Positions 31,102-40,937 of a stretch of 64,000 nucleotides of DNA are shown one piece after another. The stretch is from NCBI GenBank assembly GCA_041655535.1, contig JBBAFH010000004.1, positions 4,276 to 68,275 on the forward strand, given 5' to 3'. The notes beneath the pieces are model-generated. The model searched no databases. It was not told the origin of the DNA and saw only the letters and a program-made list of their open reading frames with translations. The stretch comes from Bacilli bacterium (GTDB lineage: Bacteria > Bacillota_I > Bacilli_A > RF39 > UBA660). Positions within the stretch are counted from its first letter, which is position 1. Each line of letters starts with the position of its first letter. Made by a program: the position numbers and the translations under genes.

Positions 31102-31572
31102 ATGGAAATTTTAATAAGACAAGCTACCGTTAATGACTTTGATTCTATAAATGAAATTGCCAATCAAGAGCATGAAATGCACATTCAACTAAGACCGGAT
31201 TTATATAACTATAGTGATATTATTCTTACAAATAAATGGTTTTCAGAATTACTAGATAATGGTTCTATAATAGTTGGAGAATTTAATAAAAAAGTTGTTA
31301 GTTATGGTATTTTTTATATCAAAAAAACAAATGAACCTTTATTAATTAACAAAAAAGTAATGTATCTTAAAGCAATAGCTAACGAAAAAAATTACATAGG
31401 TCTTGGAATTGGAAAACAAATGATGAATTATATAATTAAGTTAGCCAAAGAAAACAAATGTGATCTAATAGAACTACAAGTTGATAGCGAAAATAAACGA
31501 GCAGTCATTTTTTATGAACATTTAGGAATGACTGAAAAGTCTAGAGTAATGGAATTAAAATTAATTGATTAA
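31102..31572 (+). CDS. GNAT family N-acetyltransferase
   Basis: Motif A-like GLGIGKQMMNYII. The start has a GAGGTG ribosome-binding site, and an extended -10 TGTATAAT lies upstream. Confidence 0.7.
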   Translation: MEILIRQATVNDFDSINEIANQEHEMHIQLRPDLYNYSDIILTNKWFSELLDNGSIIVGEFNKKVVSYGIFYIKKTNEPLLINKKVMYLKAIANEKNYIGLGIGKQMMNYIIKLAKENKCDLIELQVDSENKRAVIFYEHLGMTEKSRVMELKLID

Positions 31573-31575
31573 TTT

Positions 31576-32052
31576 TTAATTACTGCAATTATTAGAAAAC
31601 AAAATAAATTCATCTAGAATATCTTTGTTTTCTTTAAAAAACTTGATAAACATTTGCATTCTTTCAACTGTTTCATTATCAATAACATGTTCCATTAATT
31701 CTGTTTGAATCAATATATTTTGTTGACATCCTAATAGTTTCAAAAAATTTTCAAGCGTTAAATGACGTTTTAATAAAAAAGAACCGAGCCTTTCACCTTT
31801 ATTAGTTAAGGTAATAATTCCATATTTCTCATAATTTAATAAACCTATTTCACCTAGCTTTTGTGTCATTTTTGATACTGATGAGTTTTGTACATTTAAT
31901 AATTTAGCCAATTGATTTGTTCTAATATAGTTGTTTTTTAAGCTGTTTCGATAAATCATTTCTAAATAATCTTCCATAGCTGGAGTGATTTTTTTTTCGT
32001 TGTTTTTTAATTCATATCCCCTGACTGTATGAAATTCGTTATCCACTTTCAT
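31576..32052 (-). CDS. mntR: DtxR/MntR family metal-dependent transcriptional regulator
   Basis: AMEDYLEMIY...IRTNQLAKLLNVQNSSVSKMTQKL, similar to B. subtilis MntR. Divergent from feoAB. Confidence 0.75.
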   Translation of the reverse strand: MKVDNEFHTVRGYELKNNEKKITPAMEDYLEMIYRNSLKNNYIRTNQLAKLLNVQNSSVSKMTQKLGEIGLLNYEKYGIITLTNKGERLGSFLLKRHLTLENFLKLLGCQQNILIQTELMEHVIDNETVERMQMFIKFFKENKDILDEFILFSNNCSN

Positions 32053-32124
32053 ACCTCATTTCTCTTTTTACTAATATTTTATGTTTTAATGTCAACTCCA
32101 TGATTGAATATCATATTTTAGTAT

Positions 32125-32143
32125 AGAGAAAACTTTTTTCTCT
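32125..32143. promoter_or_regulatory. Palindromic candidate operator in the mntR-feoA divergent intergenic region
   Basis: AGAGAAAA-CTT-TTTTCTCT, a perfect 8-bp inverted repeat. Confidence 0.35.
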
Positions 32144-32184
32144 GGTCTAAGTTATAAGGAGATGATCTTATAAACAATCAAATT

Positions 32185-32409
32185 ATGCCTCTATTACAAG
32201 TACCGATTAAATCAAAAGCAAGAATTAAAGAGATTGCAATTGATGGACCAATTAGAAGAAGGTTACTTGATCTTGGTCTTATTGAAGATACAATAATCGA
32301 AGTATTGCAAAAAAGTCCTTTCGGTGATCCGATTGCATACGGAATTAGAGGAGCCGTCATCGCTCTTCGTAGTGAGATAACCTCTAACATATTAATTGAA
32401 AAAGTTTAG
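32185..32409 (+). CDS. feoA: Ferrous iron transport protein A
   Basis: 74-aa SH3-like FeoA directly upstream of feoB. Confidence 0.8.
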   Translation: MPLLQVPIKSKARIKEIAIDGPIRRRLLDLGLIEDTIIEVLQKSPFGDPIAYGIRGAVIALRSEITSNILIEKV

Positions 32410-32427
32410 TTAGTTTTAAGGAGTGAA

Positions 32428-34566
32428 ATGATGTTTAATGGTAAAAAAAATAAGTGTCCGGACAATATAAAAATAGAGAAAAAAACACAAAACGATATCG
32501 TCATAGCTCTAGCAGGTAATCCTAATGTTGGTAAAAGTACTGTTTTTAATGAATTAACAGGTTTAAACCAGCATACTGGTAATTGGCCCGGGAAAACTGT
32601 AACTATTGCTGAGGGTAATTATATATATGAAAACAAAAATTACATTTTAGTTGATTTGCCCGGAACATATTCATTGATGGCTAATTCAGTTGAGGAAGAA
32701 GTGGCTAGAGACTTTATTTGTTTTGGTAATCCTGACTTAACAATCGTTGTCGTTGACGCTACTTGTTTAGAACGAAACTTAAATTTAGTTTTACAAACGA
32801 TTGAAATTACTTCTAATGTGATAGTATGTGTGAATTTAATGGATGAAGCTAAAAGAAAAAAAATCGAAGTTGATCTTGATAAATTATCCTCTGAACTTGG
32901 AGTCCCTGTTGTAGGTACGAGTGCGAACACAGGAAAAGGTTTAGATGAGTTAAAAAAAATAATTGATACAAACATATCCAATATAAATAATAAAGTCATC
33001 AATATTAATTATGATGATCAAATTACGGAAGAAATAATTAAAGTTGAAAACGAATTGAAAAAGGATAATAAGGACTTGATAAACACAAAATGGTTATCAC
33101 TTAAGTTAATTGATGGTGACGAATATTTGCTGAATTCCATTAAGAAATATATTAATTTAGATTTTTTTGAAAATGATAAACTAACAAATGCCGTTCAAAA
33201 AAGTAAAGATAATTTAGCAAACATTGGTTTAGATAAAAATAAATTACGCGATAAAATTGTTTCAACTATTGTTAAACAGGCGGAATCCATAAATCAAAAA
33301 GTTGTAACAACTAATCCCAAGGAATATAACTCAAGAGATCGTAAAATTGATAAAGTTCTTACTTCAAAGTTATTTGGTATCCCCATAATGATTGCCTTGT
33401 TAGGATTGATATTTTACATTACTATAAGCGGTGCGAATATTCCTTCAGCTATTATTGCAGACTTTTTATTTTGGATTGAAGAACGATTAATGGATTTCTT
33501 CCTTTGGCTTGGAACTCCGGCTTGGGTTCATGGTGTTCTGGTGTTAGGAATATACAAAACAATAGCTTGGGTTGTTTCAGTAATGCTTCCTCCTATGGCA
33601 ATATTTTTTCCCCTATTTACCCTTCTTGAAGATTTAGGATATTTACCAAGGATTGCCTTTAATCTTGATAAACTATTTAAAAGTGCAAATGCTTGTGGAA
33701 AGCAAGCATTAACTATGTGTATGGGCTTTGGTTGTAATGCAGTTGGAGTAATAGGATGTAGAATCATTGATTCCCCTCGAGAAAGATTAATTGCTATTAT
33801 TACCAATAATTTCGTTCCATGCAATGGTCGTTTTCCAACTTTAATAGCGGTTATAACAATGTTTTTTACAGGAATCATTATATCACCTTTACAGCCCTTA
33901 CTTTCAACTATTATATTAACGAGTGTAATTGTCTTTGGAGTGATGATAACCCTTTTCATATCAAAATTATTATCCAAAACTATTTTAAAAGGAATACCTT
34001 CTAGCTTTACATTAGAGTTACCACCTTACCGTAAACCGCAAATTGGCAAAATTATAGTTAGATCGGTTTTAGATAGAACTTTATTTGTTTTAGGTCGTGC
34101 TATTTTAATTGCTGCTCCAGCTGGATTAGTAATTTGGTTACTAGCAAATATTAATGTTGGGAGCAGCAGTGTATTAAGTCAATGTGCTAATTTTCTTAAT
34201 CCTTTTGCCACTTTTATCGGTTTAGATGGTTACATCTTGATGGCTTTTATATTGGGTTTTCCAGCTAATGAAATAGTGGTTCCAATAATTATTATGTCTT
34301 ATATGGCAACCGGAAGTATGTTGGAACTTGCCAGTTTAAATGAATTAAAAACATTATTAGTTAATAACGGATGGACATGGTTAACAGCAGTATGTGCGAT
34401 GCTCTTTTCACTTATGCACTGGCCATGTGGTACAACATGTTTAACTATAAAAAAAGAAACTCAAAGTAAAAAATGGACACTTATTTCTATATTAATCCCA
34501 ACTATTACCGGTATTATCATTTGTTTTATCGTTACTAATGTCGCACGTTTATTTGGATTAGTATGA
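32428..34566 (+). CDS. feoB: Ferrous iron transport protein B
   Basis: G-protein domain (GNPNVGKST, DLPG) followed by a polytopic membrane domain; 712 aa. Confidence 0.9.
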   Translation: MMFNGKKNKCPDNIKIEKKTQNDIVIALAGNPNVGKSTVFNELTGLNQHTGNWPGKTVTIAEGNYIYENKNYILVDLPGTYSLMANSVEEEVARDFICFGNPDLTIVVVDATCLERNLNLVLQTIEITSNVIVCVNLMDEAKRKKIEVDLDKLSSELGVPVVGTSANTGKGLDELKKIIDTNISNINNKVININYDDQITEEIIKVENELKKDNKDLINTKWLSLKLIDGDEYLLNSIKKYINLDFFENDKLTNAVQKSKDNLANIGLDKNKLRDKIVSTIVKQAESINQKVVTTNPKEYNSRDRKIDKVLTSKLFGIPIMIALLGLIFYITISGANIPSAIIADFLFWIEERLMDFFLWLGTPAWVHGVLVLGIYKTIAWVVSVMLPPMAIFFPLFTLLEDLGYLPRIAFNLDKLFKSANACGKQALTMCMGFGCNAVGVIGCRIIDSPRERLIAIITNNFVPCNGRFPTLIAVITMFFTGIIISPLQPLLSTIILTSVIVFGVMITLFISKLLSKTILKGIPSSFTLELPPYRKPQIGKIIVRSVLDRTLFVLGRAILIAAPAGLVIWLLANINVGSSSVLSQCANFLNPFATFIGLDGYILMAFILGFPANEIVVPIIIMSYMATGSMLELASLNELKTLLVNNGWTWLTAVCAMLFSLMHWPCGTTCLTIKKETQSKKWTLISILIPTITGIIICFIVTNVARLFGLV

Positions 34567-34805
34567 TAATTGTTCACTTTACAAATTATTTACTTTGTAA
34601 AGTGATTGACGATGTCATAAACTCGCGACAGTTATAAATAAAATTAATGATTTTAAAGAAGAATATAATATATCAGATCAAGATACTATTTTAATACTTA
34701 AAGATATTTTATATCAGGAGTATTTAAAAAATAAACAATAAAATAAGTACATCACATAATTCATTAAAATATAATTTTTAAATAAAAAGAAGAGTTTGAT
34801 AACTC

Positions 34806-35360
34806 TTAAATAATAAGCTGCATAATTGCTAAAATAATAATTATAATTCCTGTTATTAATGATTCATATTTTTTGAAAATTTTTAATTTAAAATTATTTC
34901 CTATATAAAGTCCTGCAACAAGTAAAATGTAACCAATTATAACTGTTGAAATTACACTGTAAAGTATATTGAAGCCGTGAAGGCTAAATCCGATTCCAAT
35001 CCCAATATTATTTATACTCAAAAAGAAACTAACGATGATTATTTCTTTTAAACTAATTTTTTGTAAATATTTTATATCTTGTGCCTCTGATTTTGTTTCA
35101 TATTTGTATTTAACAATTGTTACAATACCAATTACTAATAATAATATAAACCCAATTAACGATGAAACCTTTTCTAGATAGTATTCACTTATTAGTTTTC
35201 CAAACATCATTGATATTAATGTACCTAATGTAGTAATAAAAACAATTAATATTTGGTGAAATACACTTATTTTTACTTTGTTTATACCATATATAAGACC
35301 TAATGTTAAATTATCAAAATTGATTGATAAAGAAAACAAAATAATAGTTAAAATTTCCAT
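34806..35360 (-). CDS. MntP/YtaF family (DUF204) putative manganese efflux pump
   Basis: Two DUF204-like repeats, six TM helices. The ATG start at 35360 has an AAAGGGGG ribosome-binding site. Confidence 0.55.
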   Translation of the reverse strand: MEILTIILFSLSINFDNLTLGLIYGINKVKISVFHQILIVFITTLGTLISMMFGKLISEYYLEKVSSLIGFILLLVIGIVTIVKYKYETKSEAQDIKYLQKISLKEIIIVSFFLSINNIGIGIGFSLHGFNILYSVISTVIIGYILLVAGLYIGNNFKLKIFKKYESLITGIIIIILAIMQLII

Positions 35361-35607
35361 TAAAAAAACCCCCTTTAGTAATATATTCAATTATCTAATT
35401 TAGGGGATCTTTGTTTATTTAATCAATAATCTGTTCATTATTACTCTTACTAATTTTAATCTTTCTATATCGTAGTAATATCAATTATTTTAGTTACATA
35501 ATTTTCAATATATTGTTTTGGAATTATTAATGACAAATCTGCCATTATTTGTTAAAATAGATATATATTAAAACCACTAATTTATATGGTTATAGAAAGG
35601 AAAAATT

Positions 35608-36471
35608 ATGTTAGAAATTAAAAAACTTACTAAATATTACAAAGATATATTAGGTATTGAAAATTTATCAATTTCTATTAACAGAGGTGAAATATTTGGT
35701 TTTATTGGGCCTAATGGTGCTGGTAAGAGTACAACCATTAAATGCATTATGAATCAAATAAATTCTTCATCTGGAGAAATTTATATTAATAAAGTTATTA
35801 ATGATAAAAATGACTTGAAATTAAAAAATATGATCGGTTATTTACCTGACGAAGTACATTTATATGATGATTTATCGGTTAATGAAATGTTGCAATATTC
35901 TAATAGTTTTTATAAAAAAGACTATTCTAAAAGAATTAATTATTTAGTTGAAAAATTGAATATTGATACAACAAAGAAAATAGAAGAATTATCTTTAGGA
36001 AACTTAAAGAAAGTCGGTATTGTTTTAGCAATGATGCATGAACCTAAAATTCTTATTTTAGATGAAGCAACTAGTGGACTTGATCCATTGGTCAAAGAGA
36101 CGTTTTACGAATTACTTCTTGAGGAAAAAGAAAAAGGAACAACTATCTTTTTCTCTTCTCATAATTTAAGTGAATTAAAAAAAATTTGTGACCGTGTCGG
36201 TATTGTTAAAGACGGTCATTTAATAGCATTAGATTCAATTAAAGAATTAACTAACAATCACTTACAAATAATAACTGTTATGTCAAAAGATATTTCAAAA
36301 ATAAGTAAGGAATTAGATCAAGATATAATTAGTCAAGATAAGAGCACTCTTAAATTTATCTTTAAGGGTGATATTAACAATTTAATTAAACAACTTTACA
36401 AGTATAAGATTGAAAAATTATTGATAGAAGATCCCTCAATTGAAGAAATCTTTATGCATTATTATAAATAG
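35608..36471 (+). CDS. ABC transporter ATP-binding protein
   Basis: Walker A GPNGAGKST, signature LSLGNLKK and Walker B ILILDEATSGLD. Confidence 0.85.
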   Translation: MLEIKKLTKYYKDILGIENLSISINRGEIFGFIGPNGAGKSTTIKCIMNQINSSSGEIYINKVINDKNDLKLKNMIGYLPDEVHLYDDLSVNEMLQYSNSFYKKDYSKRINYLVEKLNIDTTKKIEELSLGNLKKVGIVLAMMHEPKILILDEATSGLDPLVKETFYELLLEEKEKGTTIFFSSHNLSELKKICDRVGIVKDGHLIALDSIKELTNNHLQIITVMSKDISKISKELDQDIISQDKSTLKFIFKGDINNLIKQLYKYKIEKLLIEDPSIEEIFMHYYK

Positions 36472-36479
36472 GAGGAAAT

Positions 36480-37271
36480 ATGTTAAAAAGAGAATTAAAA
36501 ATAAATAGAAAAGGCTTAATAATATGGACTATTGTTGGTTTATTCTTGTTTAGTATTACATATATTACTTACTTTAACATGGATATGAGTGAGACGTCTA
36601 AATCCATAAACGACATGCTAGCGGTTATGCCAAAAGAAATTATTAAGATGTTTAACATGGATATTGTCGGTATAGATACAGTCTTTGGGTGGTTTAAAAC
36701 TGAAGGTTATACATTTATTACTTTAATTACTTGCTTATATGCCGCTATCCTTGGTTCAAATATTTTGTTAAAAGAAGAAAATGACAAAACAATTGAGTTT
36801 CTACACTCTAAGCCAATTACTCGCAGCAATATTGTTTCTTCTAAAATATGGAGTGGTTTAATAAATATTGGTATAATGTTTGCTATTTTAACACTATTTA
36901 ATATTATCGGAATGGCTTTAAGTGATAACTTACAAATTAAATTATTGTTGATGTTATGTTTAGCGCCTATGGCAACTGCTATCCCATTATTCTTTGTTTG
37001 CATGTTTATTTCAACTTTCTTTGATAAAACATCTAAAGTTAATGGAATTGGTATCGGGTTAGTATTTATTAGCTACTTTTTACAATTAATATCTTCAATT
37101 AATGATGATGTTAGTTTCTTCAAATACTTTTCATTATTTACATTGTCTGATGGAAGAGAAATCATCACTAATAATAGTTTAAATCTTGCATCAATAATTA
37201 TTTCACTAATAATTATAATTATTAGTGTTACTGGTATCTATTATAAATATAATAAAAAAGAATTAGTATAA
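36480..37271 (+). CDS. ABC-2 family transporter permease
   Basis: Six TM helices; translationally coupled to the upstream ATPase gene. Confidence 0.7.
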   Translation: MLKRELKINRKGLIIWTIVGLFLFSITYITYFNMDMSETSKSINDMLAVMPKEIIKMFNMDIVGIDTVFGWFKTEGYTFITLITCLYAAILGSNILLKEENDKTIEFLHSKPITRSNIVSSKIWSGLINIGIMFAILTLFNIIGMALSDNLQIKLLLMLCLAPMATAIPLFFVCMFISTFFDKTSKVNGIGIGLVFISYFLQLISSINDDVSFFKYFSLFTLSDGREIITNNSLNLASIIISLIIIIISVTGIYYKYNKKELV

Positions 37272-37301
37272 AAAAGCACATCAGTTGATGTCTTTTTTTT
37301 A

Positions 37302-38459
37302 TTAATAATTAATTTTAAGTTCTTTTTTTATATTAGTCATATGATTTTTAAGTTCCTTTTTTAAAACCTTAGGATTTGAAATTTCTTTTGCATCTAAACC
37401 ACAAGTATTTAATATGTCGTAGTTTTCTTTCAATCCCATATTGTTAATAAAATTGCAAAAGTTTCTCTTTGCTTCTTTAGGATCTTGTTGATATTGTTCA
37501 GCAAAATAAGTAGCAATAAGCGTTCCATAACCGTATATAAAACCATCTCTTATGTCAAACTTAAGCGTCTTATGCTTACAAGGTGGCAATTCTGGAATTA
37601 CTTTTCCTAAAACTTTCGTAACTATATCTTTTTCAATAAACATTCCCTCACGAAGTTCGTTAGGCTCCAACTCCGGATGAGTGAAAAAACGAATTGCTGT
37701 AAAATTGTCTAGTGTCTCATTGTATAAATTGTTTAATTCAAATAGTGTATCATATTGACTTAATCTATTTTCAAGAGAATAATTTAAAAATAACTTTTCG
37801 AAATACATTGAAGGTACTTCTAGGTAATTAGTAAAAGCATATTCTATTGATTGCTTAGGATTTTTGTAGTGAACCATTTCATTATGAATGGCATGTCCGA
37901 ATTCATGGGCTAGAGTAGCAATTGCACTAATATCAAAATTATCAATATCACAAATAATATATGATTTACCCAATTTTGAAGATTTGAAACAAACTCCTTG
38001 GTAATCTTCATACATTTCTTGAATAGATACCTGATTATTATCAATCATTTTTTTTATTGATTTATAGTATTTGGGGTCATACTTATTGAAAAAATCATAC
38101 AATATCTCAATTGCATCATTCGGTCTAAAATAATTTATTTTATTTTGATTGTAAGCTTTAAAGTCAATCTCTTTAAATATGTTCAAAATGTTTTTGGAAG
38201 TAATCTCATGAAAATCTTTCATAGTATTTATATCATAATAATATTTAAAAGCGAGCTTTTCAAAATGTTTTATTTGATCATCATATAAAGCAGCCAAATG
38301 CTCATCTATTATTTCACCATAACTCACTAATTCATAGACATCATATAATGGTAATAAACTATTAGATATTTGTGCTTTCATTGATGATGAGCTTGCTCGC
38401 TCATACATTAACTCCAATTTTTTTATTTCAGCTATTAATTTTACTACATCAATACTCAT
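37302..38459 (-). CDS. Putative zinc metallopeptidase (HEFGH motif, M3/PepF-like)
   Basis: HEXXH motif AHEFGHAIH. The ATG start at 38459 has a GGGGGA ribosome-binding site. The longer ORF to 38756 reads through the antisense of tRNA-Gly and is an artefact. Confidence 0.55.
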   Translation of the reverse strand: MSIDVVKLIAEIKKLELMYERASSSSMKAQISNSLLPLYDVYELVSYGEIIDEHLAALYDDQIKHFEKLAFKYYYDINTMKDFHEITSKNILNIFKEIDFKAYNQNKINYFRPNDAIEILYDFFNKYDPKYYKSIKKMIDNNQVSIQEMYEDYQGVCFKSSKLGKSYIICDIDNFDISAIATLAHEFGHAIHNEMVHYKNPKQSIEYAFTNYLEVPSMYFEKLFLNYSLENRLSQYDTLFELNNLYNETLDNFTAIRFFTHPELEPNELREGMFIEKDIVTKVLGKVIPELPPCKHKTLKFDIRDGFIYGYGTLIATYFAEQYQQDPKEAKRNFCNFINNMGLKENYDILNTCGLDAKEISNPKVLKKELKNHMTNIKKELKINY

Positions 38460-38576
38460 AACTGTCCCCCTGTTGAATTTATGATAACCTATATTCACTT
38501 TAAAGTCAAACGTAAGTATCAATTTATTTATATTAAACATAGACAAATTAATATAAATAAGGTATAATTTATGTAT

Positions 38577-38650
38577 GCAGGTGTGGTTCAATGGTAGAAT
38601 GTCGCCTTGCCAAGGCGAAGACGCGAGTTCGATTCTCGTCACTTGCTCCA
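38577..38650 (+). tRNA. tRNA-Gly (GCC)
   Basis: 74 nt: acceptor GCAGGTG/CACTTGC, anticodon loop TTGCCAA, T-loop GTTCGATTC, CCA encoded. Confidence 0.8.
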
Positions 38651-38667
38651 GTTGCGAGAAAGTTGCT

Positions 38668-38707
38668 ACCCCATTGTAATTAGTAATGATTATAATGGGG
38701 TAGCACT
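38668..38707 (+). repeat. Perfect 11-bp stem hairpin (GCTACCCCATT...AATGGGGTAGC) immediately 3' of tRNA-Gly
   Basis: An inverted repeat with an 18-nt loop and no U-run. It is either the tRNA terminator or a remnant of the attachment site. Confidence 0.5.
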
Positions 38708-38763
38708 TAAAATAAAGAAAACAGTTAGATAAAAGGTTGTTCCTAGAAAGGAGCAACTTTTTT

Positions 38764-39072
38764 ATGTTAGAATTTAAAACAATAAGGTACTTAAAAGCCG
38801 ATAAAGACTTTTTAAAGTTTATTGGTAAAGATAATCAAATACAATTAAAAGCAAGTGATGGTGTGATATTAGAGATTAAAAAAACTAATATTAAAACGAT
38901 TAAACCCATTATTTATGAAATAGTTGATTTAGATTTAATTATCTACCATTATGCAAGTGATAACTTAAATAATAAAAGATATTACATACCAAATACTAAA
39001 AAATCTTATACTTTAAATCAACTTAAAGAGTTGATTAGAAATATGCTAACTACAAAAATCGTTGACAAATAA
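38764..39072 (+). CDS. Hypothetical small protein upstream of the serine recombinase (candidate recombination directionality factor)
   Basis: 102 aa; AGGAG ribosome-binding site; first gene inside the left end of the element. Confidence 0.4.
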   Translation: MLEFKTIRYLKADKDFLKFIGKDNQIQLKASDGVILEIKKTNIKTIKPIIYEIVDLDLIIYHYASDNLNNKRYYIPNTKKSYTLNQLKELIRNMLTTKIVDK

Positions 39073-39129
39073 AAATTTTAGTCTATAATAAAGGGCAATT
39101 AATTTATATTTGGTCAAAGGCGAAGTAGT

Positions 39130-40929
39130 ATGTATAACCTTATTACTTTGCCTTTTTTGTATAGAAAGGGAGATGGTAGATTGAACAAACGAGTTGGGAT
39201 ATATGTTAGAGTTAGTACGGAAGAACAAAGAGATTATGGTTATTCAATTGATGGACAAATTAGAGAATTAAATGATTATTGTAAAAAACAAAATTATGTA
39301 ATTGTTGATATTTATAATGATGCAGGACATAGTGCCAAAGATTTAAAACGACCAAATATGGAACGAATGCTTGAAGATATTAAAAATGGTGTCCTTGATA
39401 TTGTTGTAGCAGTCAAAGTTGATAGATTAACTCGTGAAGGTTATGATGGACATTGGTTTTTAAAATATTGTAAGGAACATAATTGTATGATAGATTTACT
39501 TTATGAAAATTATGATATAAATACACCTAATGGCGAGATGTTATATGGTATGAATGTATTATTTGCTCAAAGAGAAAGACGAGAAATCGCAAGTAGAACA
39601 AAGCGTGGTATGGAAGAAGCCGTAAAGCAAGGAAAATACCCTAATAAAGCCCCGTATGGTTACATTAAAGATGAAAATGGTATATTGATACCAAATCCTA
39701 TTACTTCGCTTGTAGTAAAAGATATTTATGATATGTATTTAAATGGTATGTCTAGTGTTGATATTATGGAAAAACTTAAAAATGATAATAGATATACTGA
39801 TTATTTTAATGTAAGACCACAAACAATAATTGGAATAATTAAAAATTCAGTATATAAAGGCGATTTAATATGGGGACATACTAAACGAAAAAAAGAAGAT
39901 GTTATTTATATCGAAAATCATCATATACCACTTGTTACAAAAGAAGTATGGGAAAAAGCCCAAGACCAAATTATTAAAAATACTAATGGTGGTTATGGTG
40001 AGAAAATTCATATTTTTAGGGGAATTATTAAATGTCCACATTGTCATAAGCCAATGAGTAATTATTTTTCTAAAAAAAGAAAAGGTAAAAGAATCAAAAA
40101 TACTTATTATCTTATTTGCCATAATAGAGAATGTGAAGATTATAAAAAATTATATAATACTGGTAAAATAGAAAAAGAACTATTACCACTATTACAAGAT
40201 TTATGTGTCTTTTCAATATTAAATGATAATATCATAAACATACCTAATTTAAAAGATAAAAATGAATTATTATCACTTGAAAAAGCACTTGATGAATTAA
40301 TTAAAAAAGAAAATAATATCATAAGTTTATTTGCTGATAATCGTTTAAACAAACAATTATTATATAACAAGATAAATCAAATAATTAAAGAACGAGAAAT
40401 TATAAACAATAAAATAGAAAAATTAAAAGATGAAAAACTGTTTAGATATGATGATGACATACAAGAATTATTTGATAAAAGAGAACAACAACCTAATTGT
40501 GAAATATTAAATATATGGAATATCTTAACTAGAGAAGCCAAGCGAGATATAATTCAAAAATATGTAAAAGAAATAGAAGTTAAAATAGATAACAACTATG
40601 ATATAACTATTGAAAAAGTAATATTCTATAATGACTTTTTACAAAATGACTTATTTAGTTTTAGTGAATATCTAATAGAAAAAGCCAATGAACGAAATAA
40701 TACTTTTGAAATTAAAGGAATATATGAAGAAATAGAATTTAATGAGTTAATGAAAAAATTAAAACCAAAAGCCATATTTAATTTCGATGAAATAGTTAAA
40801 ACGAGAAATTATGAATATGAAAACCAAATGACCGAGTCAGAAAAAATAAAGAGTAATAAAACTTTGTTTATATATGGAATTAAAGAAAATGAAGAAATGA
40901 ACAACTTTAAAATAGTTGTTCCAAGTTAG
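39130..40929 (+). CDS. Large serine recombinase (resolvase domain, recombinase domain, zinc ribbon, coiled coil)
   Basis: GIYVRVSTEEQ catalytic Ser motif, a DRLTR motif, a zinc ribbon CPHCHKPMS...CHNREC, and a C-terminal coiled coil. An alternative TTG start lies at 39181. Confidence 0.85.
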   Translation: MYNLITLPFLYRKGDGRLNKRVGIYVRVSTEEQRDYGYSIDGQIRELNDYCKKQNYVIVDIYNDAGHSAKDLKRPNMERMLEDIKNGVLDIVVAVKVDRLTREGYDGHWFLKYCKEHNCMIDLLYENYDINTPNGEMLYGMNVLFAQRERREIASRTKRGMEEAVKQGKYPNKAPYGYIKDENGILIPNPITSLVVKDIYDMYLNGMSSVDIMEKLKNDNRYTDYFNVRPQTIIGIIKNSVYKGDLIWGHTKRKKEDVIYIENHHIPLVTKEVWEKAQDQIIKNTNGGYGEKIHIFRGIIKCPHCHKPMSNYFSKKRKGKRIKNTYYLICHNRECEDYKKLYNTGKIEKELLPLLQDLCVFSILNDNIINIPNLKDKNELLSLEKALDELIKKENNIISLFADNRLNKQLLYNKINQIIKEREIINNKIEKLKDEKLFRYDDDIQELFDKREQQPNCEILNIWNILTREAKRDIIQKYVKEIEVKIDNNYDITIEKVIFYNDFLQNDLFSFSEYLIEKANERNNTFEIKGIYEEIEFNELMKKLKPKAIFNFDEIVKTRNYEYENQMTESEKIKSNKTLFIYGIKENEEMNNFKIVVPS

Positions 40930-40937
40930 GTAAATAT

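Noticed and set aside
35391-35607. Possible yybP-ykoY Mn2+ riboswitch upstream of the MntP-like gene
   Set aside because: The leader lacks the conserved yybP-ykoY core motifs, so it is not supported.
37302-38756. Long 484-aa ORF call for the metallopeptidase, extending through tRNA-Gly
   Set aside because: Its N-terminal 99 codons are the antisense translation of the tRNA-Gly gene (VTRIELASSPWQGDILPL). A good ribosome-binding site (GGGGGA) precedes the internal ATG at 38459, so the CDS was shortened.
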